Assembly: GCA_020891255.1 (NCBI GenBank)
Contig: BQFW01000004.1
Location: 992,001 to 1,056,000, forward strand
DNA length: 64,000 bases
Direction of reading: 5' to 3'
Source of the DNA: Entomortierella parvispora E1425
Taxonomy: Eukaryota > Fungi > Mortierellomycota
Within the stretch, counting starts at the first letter, position 1. Each line of letters begins with the position of its first letter. Position numbers and translations under genes: made by a program. Under the pieces are notes generated by a model. It was not told the DNA's origin, did not search any database, and was given only the letters and a program-made list of their open reading frames with translations. Positions 11,790 through 21,791 of this stretch are shown here, in pieces.

Positions 11790-12122
11790 ATGAAGTTCAC
11801 CGCCGTCGTCATTGCCACCCTCGCTTTCGCTGCCACTGTCATGGCCGCTGAGACCACCACCTCTGCTGCCGCCGGCAAGCCCTCCGCCCCCGTCTCGGCC
11901 TCTGTTCCCGCTGCCACCGGCTCTGCCACCGCCCCTGCCAAGTCCACCGCCACCGGCACTGGCGTTGTCCCCTCCGGCCCCGCTGCCACCGGCCCCGCTG
12001 CCACCGGCTCCTCCACCGCCTCGACTGCTCCTCCCCAGAAGACCAACGGCGCTGCCCAGACTGCTGCCAACTCGGTCGTTGCCTTTGCCGGTCTCGGTCT
12101 TGCCGTTGCCCTTGGACTTTAA
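11790..12122 (+). CDS. Small secreted, probably GPI-anchored protein (copy 2, 110 aa), tandem paralog of 9911-10243
   Basis: MKFTAVVIATLAFAATVMA signal; C-terminal ~45 aa nearly identical to copy 1 (GPAATGPAATGSSTASTAPPQKTNGAAQTAAN...ALG). Confidence 0.85.
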   Translation: MKFTAVVIATLAFAATVMAAETTTSAAAGKPSAPVSASVPAATGSATAPAKSTATGTGVVPSGPAATGPAATGSSTASTAPPQKTNGAAQTAANSVVAFAGLGLAVALGL

Positions 12123-12299
12123 AGACTTTTAGTTTTTTAAAAAAGTTCTTTTCTCTTTCATTCTCTTTGAGGCCATCTCTTAATCTATCCCCCCTAATTT
12201 GTCGCTACCATACAGCTATCTTAGTCATATTAAAAAGAATGTAGCCATTTCTCTACCACTTTGCTCTATAAGCCGTAACAGAGATGAAAGAAACACGAA

Positions 12300-12324
12300 T
12301 GTGTGTGTGTGTGTGTGAGTGTGT
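12300..12324. repeat. (GT)n microsatellite
   Basis: (GT)8 plus an interrupted continuation, read directly. Confidence 0.9.
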
Positions 12325-13133
12325 TTTGTTCCCGAGTTTGCATAACAGCTAGCAAAAGACAAGACGAGTGAAGCGAGTTTGAGGAATGCGCGTTTTTTTT
12401 GGGCCCTGCAATTCTGCAGTTGACCAAAGCGACAATCATAATAAAAGAAGAGTGGTACCGAGGGAGGGGAGCACGGACGGCTCAACGGTTCTTTTTTTTT
12501 ATTTTTTCTTCTGATATATTATATTCGTTTTCATACAGCAAAGAAAAGAAAAAATAAAAAGAACGCCCAATGGGTTTTTTGTGCACACGACCCAACTGGT
12601 TCTTTTTTAAGTTTTCCTTATTGGGGATGTCCCAAGCTCTCCCCTTCTCTGTCGGCGTTGGTGATTTGGGACCATGCAAGAGAGCAAGGGAAACTCAAGT
12701 GTGGTAAAGGTGCAAAAGGTGGGCAATTAGTCTAGCAGGCAACAGACAGACAGAGAGGGGGACGGAGAGTGCGCGTTAGCGCGTGTGCGTGCAAGAAAAG
12801 TAGACTATGAACACACAGAGAGAGGGGCCTAGAGAAAGAGGAGGAGGAGAGGGGAAGGAGACCAACCCATCTGCTATTTTTACGGTCGTTTGAGTTACAT
12901 AGCCATATTTTTGCACCCCTTCTCCCCTTCTCTCATAGTTCATGAAGTCATGGGCACATGCATTCACCCGACCCTCAGGCACAAGGGAGACGAAGCAGAG
13001 TCGGGTTCTCAGCTACGCCTCAATAGTGCAGGAAACCAATCCGCAGGCAAGAGAACGAGATGAAAGAGTGGAGTGCATACGTGTCGTGAGGGGATGGTCG
13101 CGACGCGTCCACTCCCTCTGCTTGATTTTTTTT

Positions 13134-13273
13134 GGGTATATCGAATTTAGTTGAGTGTGCTCACAAGTTGAGTGTGGCATGTTACCTTAAATTCATCGGC
13201 ACAGGTTGGTGGCGCATCCAATTACCTTAAATAAAATGGATACGTCACCGAATCCATTTGAGGCCCATTCAGC
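13134..13273 (+). repeat. MULE left TIR (140 bp)
   Basis: GGGTATATCGAATTTAG...GGCCCATTCAGC; compared base by base with the reverse complement of 21652-21791, no mismatch seen. Confidence 0.95.
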
Positions 13274-14339
13274 GAAAAGCGCCACCAATCCGTCCCTTTT
13301 TTTTTTCCCCCTCTGCAGGATCGCGATGAACCTCTGTCTTTGTTCTCTCTCTCCTTCTCTTTCTCTTTCTCTTCATCTGCCCTAGTATTTATGTTCACAT
13401 AACCTTCACATCCTCGAAGTCATCTCTTGTGATGCAACCATTCTACTTTAGCGACACGTCCAACAAAGGCCCCCGAGGTGCAGAACACGTCTCATTCATT
13501 CACATTTGGCAACACTCCAATTCTGTTGTCCCACCGGTGCAGTTGATATGGTCGGTTCCTCCTTGTAACTGTGTTAGATCACAAGTTCTAACTTGAGAGT
13601 CGTCACCATGGCCTAGCTTCGAGGGGACTTCGAGGCATAGACGGTCTCAGCGTTATCAGCTTCAACAAGCTTGGCGTACAAACACTTGCAAGGGTTTATG
13701 AAGTGGGTGGATATCGTGTCACTAAACATTCTAGAAGAGGTCGACTATTTAAATTACGAGATGGGGAGAGTGTCAATGCCTTCGTGTGTTATGTTAGCAA
13801 AAGAAGTGACAACAAGATCAAAGAGAGCGACTCTGTACAGTACATGTCACGAACGGTCGAACTGCCAAATATGGGACACGACGGTCTTTCCCAGCCCGTC
13901 GTGTAACATCAGATGTACCTGTTGTCACGGCCAAGAGCCCAGATCAGACTTCGACTCGACACACTTTCCTAGTATCATGACCCCCGATATAGTTGACATG
14001 AACTATAGAACATCAAGACCATGGAGCCCAAGGTCCAGCCCACTCTGTGTCAGCTTCAGCCTCCGTACCAGACCAGTCCCCACTTTGGTGTCCTCCTCAA
14101 CTCATGATAAATAGCTAGGCCCTGTACTTCTCAGTCTCCAATTCACAATAAACCATATCTTTCCTCTCAGTGACAGTACACAGCCGCTGAGAGATCCCAT
14201 TGTGTGTCTTCCCCTTTCCCTAACAACGTGTGAACTGCCCTTCACCCTCTGAGCTGCATCAGATCCCCAATCGTTTGTAGCTATACCGCGCCGTTAATAT
14301 CGTTCTCCACCCGAGGTAGCGCGGACTGCACTGTCGTCT

Positions 14340-14975
14340 GACAACTCAGTTGGAATAGGCTAAGGCGACGGTCAGTGAAGTGAGCAAGGGGAATAAACGA
14401 TTGAAAAGCATAGTAGATCTATGTGACCATGTTGTAGGCGAATTTGATACTGCAAAGTCAATGTTGGTAAAGTCAGGGTTGGCAAAATTAGAGGTTGAGG
14501 TACAAAACTGTAGGATCGCAGACGCGCTTTTATTGTACCAATCCTCGCGAGAATCGATCTCGTCGCTGAGCTTGTTCAAAACTTGTGCAGCTCCGTGAAA
14601 ATACTCCTTCCTTTACGAGAGGTCCAATTGAGCAAACGAGTAACGGCCTCGGCGACCCCGACAGTTCTGAACTTGGAGGCACATTGTCGCTGGCTTTGTG
14701 TCCAATGCGCGTCAGTGGTCCATCCACATTCAACCGCGATTGAAAGCCTGGTTACCACAAGGATTTCAGCCAAAGAGCTTGCTGCAAACATGGTACTATT
14801 TACGAATCTACGCGCTTCCACGCACTTGAAGTGCTGGACATCTTCACTACAAAAAAAAGGGAAAAAGAGCGAGGTATCGAACCTGGGTGCACAAGAGAGA
14901 GAAAAAAAAGGAGTCGCTCTACCCAAACTTGCAAAACCACCACTGATTATTGAAATCCTCAAAATTGAGCACCAT
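14340..14975 (-). other. Possible spliced cargo gene or gene remnant inside the MULE, divergent from the 15087 gene; product unknown
   Basis: ATG 14975 (MVLNFEDFNNQWWFCKFG) joins in frame across a GT-AG intron 14922-14847 to EDVQHFKCVEAR. Further intron-like 3' ends lie downstream but I could not build an unambiguous model. Confidence 0.35.
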
Positions 14976-15086
14976 GTTATATCACTTGCATGACCACGTG
15001 ACGCGAGTCTACTTTGCTTGCAGCACTGACAGCGAGAAGATTTACCGCCTCTTGACCCCCACCCCCATCCTTGAAGCGACCCAGCA

Positions 15087-16285
15087 ATGACACCCCATCG
15101 ACAAAAGAGGATTATGAAGCCTAGCAGGAAGCTGGAGATTAAACCGAACGCCTCATCGCATGAAAGGCGCGAATACTACGCCAAGGTATTCATGGACCCA
15201 CCAAATGCAATGCAGCTCATGGATGGCAATTCAGGACAAGGTAGGGGAGCTTTAGCTATAGAAGTCCTTGATGTTTGCCCAGTCTACTCTCTCTCACAAG
15301 CTTGCCGAATCTTCCATTTGTAGATCTGCATAAAGTCGGAAGAATAACATCAGATGCTGCAGCTAGCCATGTTTTTCGCCTTTTTCAATTCAATGCAAAT
15401 TGCACCAATCGCGAGAATATTTTCAGAGCTGTCCTTTTTCTCTACAAAAATCTCCGCGAACTTTCTCAGTTGCAGGACGAGGATTTTTATTTCTCTCACA
15501 GTAGAGATGGAGCAGGATTCAGGGATTTGGCGATGAGACTTGCTGGGGCGGAACCGATACTGGCTGGCGTTACTGCAAGAGCGCTATTTCCTCTATATGA
15601 GCGTCTTGTGCAAGAACGAATAGGCCTGAGTCAACATATTCTGTCTTCTGGGGATGCATGGGTCGACACACGAATGTCAGCAATGGTGCAGGAGATCGTG
15701 AAAATTGACGAGGAAATCAGACGCAGGGACGATCGGCAAAGGATCGCCAAAGGCGTGGAACCAAGAGATAAGATGTATATTCCTATAGGGAGGTCCCCGC
15801 CGTCACTATCAGAACCAACAACCCAGACCATGTCGAACGGCAATCATCCTAGGCATTGCTCTTTGGAAAGGGACAGACAATCGCTCTCAGCCTCAACACG
15901 AGCCGACCCATGTCAGACCGAACTCCCGTCAAAAGTCCCAATGGCTGCTACAGAGTGCCCGCAGAGAACATATTCTTCAGCTGCTGACTATGTGGAAAAC
16001 CTGAAGATTGAAGCCTTTTGGAACGGATTAGGTCATAATTATTGCACATGCCAAGTTTGTGCCCTCTCGAGCAGCATTGTCAGCGGCGTCAACATCATCT
16101 TCAGCGACTTAGCAGCCCTCGTGAACGTCGTTCATCCCAGAGCGCACGAGTCCCCAGAGTCAGAAAGCAAACGCCGAAAGTTCGAACCTCTGCCCAAAAG
16201 CAGCGCGCAGGAATCACAGTCTCTCTGTTCCCGAGACTCAGAGCACGTTTTTGATGTAGTGGCTGAATCAGGATTAAAAACTTGA
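15087..16285 (+). CDS. MULE cargo gene: Myb/SANT(trihelix)-like protein with coiled coil, 371 aa after splicing (intron 15241-15323)
   Basis: Phase-1 GT-AG intron joins ORF 15087 to ORF 15275-16285 in frame. The segment GFRDLAMRLAGAEPILAGVTARALFPLYERLVQER...SGD...TRMSAMVQEIVKIDEE resembles Harbinger ORF2-type proteins; KRRK near the C-terminus. Confidence 0.65.
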
Positions 16286-16520
16286 TTTTTTTTGTGCCCT
16301 GTTCTCCTTCATGGCTCCCTATCCACTTTTTCGTGCTACTCTATAACCGTATCCACTATTTTTTGTTCATCGACGTTTTTGCGATAAGAGATTTGATGGG
16401 GCGTGGGAATGGGGTCGTTTTTGATTGTCGTATGACTAGTGCGGTCACCATCGTTTTTCAGCTTCAGAATTCACACTTTCTTTCAATCCCTACCAAAACC
16501 TCTCCCCCCCCACTACCCCC

Positions 16521-19500
16521 ATGCCCTCCACCGTCGATAAAGACTTCAGTCTATCTCTCAGTGTTGCTCGCCTACTCTCCTTGGATGGAAGACCTCGCCT
16601 TGAGAGTTCAGTCGTAAGGATGGTGAATGATATTCTAGCCGTCAATTCGACACGACCTCTCGAGCGCGTCAACTCCGCTTCAGTCCCTGCCTCGGAGCGC
16701 GCCAACTCCGCCTCGATCCCTGCCTCGGAGCGCGCGAATTCGCCTCCCCAAAGGCCGAGCTCGCCTCCTCAAAGGCAGAGCTCTCTTTCTCAAAGAAGTA
16801 GTGCATCACCCCAAAGGCGGAGTTCGTCTCCTGCCGCCGCCCACCGTATCGGCTCGTCCTCGCATCACTCCTTGGGGACAGCCGCCAAACGACCAGACCT
16901 TGGAAGCTTGAACGAGGGCCCAACATCTCAAAATCAAGGCATCAAGTCTCCCTCGTGGTCGATTTCTTCGAACGAGGCGCTTTTCTCTGATGACGACGAC
17001 TGGCAAGTTATTAGCCAAGAGAAAGGTGTGATCGTCATCAGCGATGACTCCAGGTAAGTCTGATGAAAACTCTGCTACGCTAGCTGATCATTTTTTCGCT
17101 GCCCTTTATTCTTATTCTATTCATCCTTTCCACTGCTTGATAAGTGATGATGACGGCCAAGGGTAAGTCGTAAAATGCAAGGCCAGACTTCAGAAACGTT
17201 TCTGACTTGTGTTTGCACATCCACTATACTATATATTTGCATTGATGTAGCTCTATGCCTCCTAGAGTCAGCTATGCTGACGCTTTGAAGCGGTCCACAG
17301 TACTTGCATCTCGGTAAGGGTTAGCTGTGGAACGACGAGTTTGTACAATAGAACTGACCTTTAATGCTGGCTCCAACATTTTCTGTCCTTTTCTCTATTG
17401 CTTGCTCTCACCGTTACCCTGACCACAGCCCAGCATCCTTGTTCCCAAATGACTCTAATGTCAGTTCATCTGGCAATCAAGGAAAGGCGATTTCAGTCGC
17501 CACTGAAGCTGCGCCTTGTACTGAGTAAGTAAAAGCAGCAGGTAAAGTTGTAATAGATAATGGGATCTTGGACCTGACTCCCTGTCTCTTCCCTTTTTTT
17601 TTTTTTTTTTTTTCTTGTCTTTTAGTGCAGTGTCCAACTCTTTTCCCTCCAACGTGGGTGGCTATTCGAATGAGCTTCAGGATCAACGTTGGGTTGACGT
17701 GCGTGTTATCCCCGGTCCCCCCAGTGAATCTGTTATCCCTGGCGCTGTCAAAGTCGTCGCGCCCAGTGCCAGCTCTAAGCCTGATGTGATCAGTGCCGAC
17801 ACTACTCTCGGCGTCTCTACAAAGCGTGATAAGCCTGGCGTCAAAACATCAGGGTAAGAATTACGGGGAGGAAATCGTGCTGTGGTAGCACAATGAGACT
17901 CACAACTCGTTCTATTCGATTTCAGGGCTACACATCGTTCATCTTCACTCGGATTGGCGCAGGTCATCTCTCGCACCCGCGAAAGAGGTGCTATTCTTGT
18001 TCCTGATGTACATTCTAGGAATAGGAGTGGGTATGTTGCTGTGCCCATGTGCTGTTTTATTAAGATCAACGCTACATGCAAGGAGGGACAAAAATTTACA
18101 GGAGTTTTTTTTTTCTTTTGAAAACGTTAGACTTAGTATGTTTTACCCGCCGACATTGACACAGACCAGTCCCTACACTCGAGGAGAAGATGTATCTTCT
18201 GAAGATGGGCCTCGATCTAGGTATGTTAGTATACGTTTCTTTCCATGATGCTATCCGACGAATTGATCTTCAAATGTCGGTCTCTAAGTTTTTTTTTGAC
18301 CGCAGCCCTCTACACGAATCTTCGGATGAGTTCCCCAACGGTGATGTGCATCTGATACGACTACTTTCAGATTACAGTTCACTTCAATTGGCTCGCAGCG
18401 TTGGATGGGCAACGAAGGTCACCAGCCAATACACACTGAGAACTTCCGGGAAAGTTATCCGCAAGCGCTGTCTCGGTGTGAGCCGATGCCCTCTCCCTTA
18501 CTGCCCTTATGTACGCCGACCAAAAGTCTCGGCGGCTGCTGAAAATACCACCTTCTCCTCAAGTCAACTATCACAGGAGCTGGAAGACGATGATGCCATT
18601 TGTCGTGTACACCAGTTACCACTAGAACCCACTGGCTGTAGTGCAACGATGGATTTGGTTCAGGCAGGAGTAGACCGCATTGAGCTCATCCACCGTGGGT
18701 TCCATGAGCATCCTAAACCGTTGCCCGCGCGTGCAAGTATGGTTGCTCTAAACGATCTTGAAACGATGGTCAACACAGCCCCAGAGGCGAAACCTAAACA
18801 TCTCGTGATCGGAACCGCGACAAGACCTTCAATTTCTATCAAGCATCCGGTTCTCCACAATCTCGGCTATACGAGATACCTGCGATTGCGTTCCCTCAAC
18901 CATGGGAAGACAACCGATAACCTTGGCGAGCTCGCAAATCTGGAATCCAAACTGGGATTCCATTTCCTTCAATCTCACAGTTTGGAAGCAAAGGCTGGTC
19001 ACATTTGTGTGCAGACTGAATTTCTGCGTCAGCGTTGCCGTGGCCCTCTGACCCACATGCAGACAGACTCTTTCCACGGAGCGGTGTTTGAGATCCATAT
19101 CAAAGACGCGAACATCACATGCACAGTTGCCTACTGCGCCTTCGCCGCAAAGGTCATCCCAATTGTTATATCCGTCTTGTTTGGCAAATCCGCGGAGCAC
19201 TACAAACGCCATTTTTCAGTCGTGCTACAGTCTCTTGAGTACAAGTCTTGGGAGGAGTTTGATGATAACTTCCCTGGTATGACCTGCGACTTCTCTGATG
19301 CCGAGCGAAAGGGATTCCAAGCCGCAATCGCCGAACACTACAATGTCAGCGTTGATATTGTTTCACTTGAAGGGCATTACCAGTTTTGCACTGTTCATTA
19401 CCGGCGGTCTTTACGACGCGTGTGTAGGGAAGCCTCTGTTATCCCTGCGGCAAGATCAGATGAATTTTATTTCATTGCTGAGAGTCTCACTCGGGAAGGT

Positions 19501-21454
19501 ATGACTCTAGTCGAGTTTGAAGAGTCTGTTGCATACCTTCTTGAACAATTCCCTCGAGCCCGCAATTGGATCGCCTGGTACATGAATGCCGATCGGAAAA
19601 GCCTTATTTATCCGGCACTGAGGGGGCACCCCCACGTTCTGGAGACATTAGCTTTGGACACGAATGCTCAAGAAGGCTTTGGGGCTCATCTTCGTAACTA
19701 TCTCGAGCGGACAGCGCCCAGAGGCGGTATTGTCAAATGTGTTGAGGCCATTGCACTTTATCAGCAGTCATTCGCCCGAGACTACGACCACGTCCTTCGA
19801 GGCGGAAAACTGACTTATGGCAAGCGACCACCGGTTCCAGAATCTTATATCAATGATGGACGCGCTCCAGATAACGCGAAAGCATTGAGGGCAGCGCAGG
19901 TTAAAGATGAAGCTCGACGTAAACGGGAGTCTGCGCGTTATAAACCCAAGGTGCCCAAAGACTTACTCCAGAAGCCGAAGCAAGGGCGTCGCCTAGGCAG
20001 CCAAAATAAGGCGCCTTCATCGAGGGAAATATTTGACCACAACACGTTCGGCATTCCCTGGGGTGTGGAGCCTTCAAAACTGTCAGGCAATGCACGGTTT
20101 GCGCTCACCAACACCTGCGCCCTCGATTCCTCTCTGATGGCGTGGTACATGTTGGTGTCACTTTCTGGAGCGACGCTCCCCCCCGCTATGATTTCTTCAA
20201 CTGTAGGCTTGGCTCTTCTGTCAGTAATGGCCCACCTCCACGCAAGGCGATATGACATGGCTAGGCGCCTCTGGTGCACAGACGTGATGAAGCTACCTGG
20301 AAATAGACATCACGACCTCTATCTAAGTCTTGAGGCGGTCTTCCTTGATCTAGTGCCAGGCCTGACAAGGTTCGAAGTGTCCAGGGTATCCTCGTGCAGT
20401 GTACCCGGGTGTCCTCAAGAAGTCAATCATGCCGCCCCACGGTCTGTCATCATGCTTTCTCCCGACATCATTACACAGAAAACATTTAATGAAGCACTGT
20501 CGGCATCATTCCCGCACAGTTGTACCAAAAGGGTTGCTGGATTCAACATCACGGGCCACAGTCGGCAAGAGTGGACGATCACCGACGAGGGCGAGGAGTC
20601 CTGGACTGCATGCTCAGGGCAGAGATCTCAAGGCCCGATGCTGGTCGCAGAATATCCGCCTGTCCTGCTTTTTGGACTGTGTCCAAGAATACAGGAGCAG
20701 TCAACACCGGGGGCCGTGGATCATGCCTGTTTCCGTCTTGAGATTTGATGCCGAGATCTACCACTTGGCAACGATTTTCTACTTCAACAACAATCACTTT
20801 TGTTGTGCTGTCATCGTTGGTAACAGCGTGTACCTCTATGATGGCAAGCCCTTATACCCGCGGACGAGGCTGATTAATCTTTCGCTTTTGAAGGATTTTT
20901 GCCAACCCGAAGGGTACCGACCGATCCTTTTCTGGTATTTGCATCAACAGACAACCTCGCTGGATACGACAGATATGGACCCTAAGACCAGCAGCAAAAA
21001 TGATCAAAACTACACTATGACCGCCGCCGTTTCTCCCACTGTGGCTCAAAGCCCTGTGCCCGTAGCGCTGGTGCCGTCTCAGCCGCAGTCTGGTGTCGCG
21101 TCGCCAACGCGCTCCTCTGATGTTGGCAAAGAAACAAAAAAACGAGAGTTTCCTTCCATCACAGATCAAGAAGCTGCCAGTAATTCGATTGTTCTTCGGA
21201 GAAGCAAACGGACTAAGCACCCTATTGGATTCAGTTATGGAGAGATTGCTTCGAACGGCCCGCTTCCTATCTGCCAGTCTTGTGGGAAAAAAATAGAGCG
21301 AGATAGCAAGAGGTTTCTGCTAACAACACTGGAGGACGATGTGAAAAAATGGCGTAACACCAAGTCTTACCACTTCACAAGAGAGTGCATGAGGGCAATG
21401 CCCTCCAAGTATCATCATTCAGCCGAGGTTGCTCTGGAGCAGAATGGGGCATAA
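16521..21454 (+). CDS. MULE transposase: low-complexity N-terminus, GCM DNA-binding domain, DDE core, USP-like Cys protease, PARP-like Zn finger. 8 exons; +1 frameshift near 20669-20713 (1191 aa as written, about 1426 aa if corrected)
   Basis: Exons 16521-17053, 17145-17162, 17251-17313, 17429-17524, 17626-17853, 17926-18030, 18131-18220, 18306-end splice in frame. GCM-like GWA...KRCLGVSRC...RRP...C..H...C...HRGFHEHPKP; D 19066 (QTDSF), D 19288 (TCDFS), CTVH 19387-19398, E 19672 (TNAQEG); NTCALDS 20110; NHF 20792; YDG 20837. Confidence 0.85.
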
Positions 21455-21651
21455 GGAGTAGGAGATGTTGTGTCTCTAATATTGGGAAATAAAGAGTGGT
21501 TTTTTTTTTTTATTGAAACGCCTGACGGGGTTCAATGAATTAGGAGGCGCACATTGATTCCGCCTGCCTGCACTGTGATTTGAACGGTGCCATCGTCTCA
21601 TCATTTGCGCCGAGGGTGGGAAGTGGGAAAATATGGTGTTTTTGGCGCGTT

Positions 21652-21791
21652 GCTGAATGGGCCTCAAATGGATTCGGTGACGTATCCATTTTATTTAAGG
21701 TAATTGGATGCGCCACCAACCTGTGCCGATGAATTTAAGGTAACATGCCACACTCAACTTGTGAGCACACTCAACTAAATTCGATATACCC
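21652..21791 (-). repeat. MULE right TIR (140 bp)
   Basis: Exact inverted copy of 13134-13273, followed by TSD ATTTTTTTT. Confidence 0.95.

Larger units (their letters stand above)
13134..21791. mobile_element. Mutator-like (MULE) DNA transposon, 8658 bp, with GCM-domain transposase and cargo genes
   Basis: Perfect 140-bp TIRs (13134-13273, 21652-21791) starting GGG and ending CCC; identical 9-bp flanks ATTTTTTTT (13125-13133, 21792-21800); internal MULE D..D..CxxH..E transposase. Long TIRs with a 9-bp TSD are Mutator hallmarks. Confidence 0.93.

Noticed and set aside
13134-13273. TIR pair as a CRISPR array, tRNA or other ncRNA
   Set aside because: Two long inverted copies 8.4 kb apart with a TSD fit transposon ends; there is no repeat-spacer periodicity or cloverleaf.
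18190-18305. ORF-track start MYLLKMGLDLG... for the transposase
   Set aside because: Reads through an 85-nt GTATGT...CGCAG intron; the spliced model links to upstream exons in frame.
20386-20700. An intron that would repair the transposase frameshift
   Set aside because: Only a weak GTATCC donor is available, and splicing there would delete the Cys-containing middle of the protease domain; no canonical donor lies near 20640-20750.
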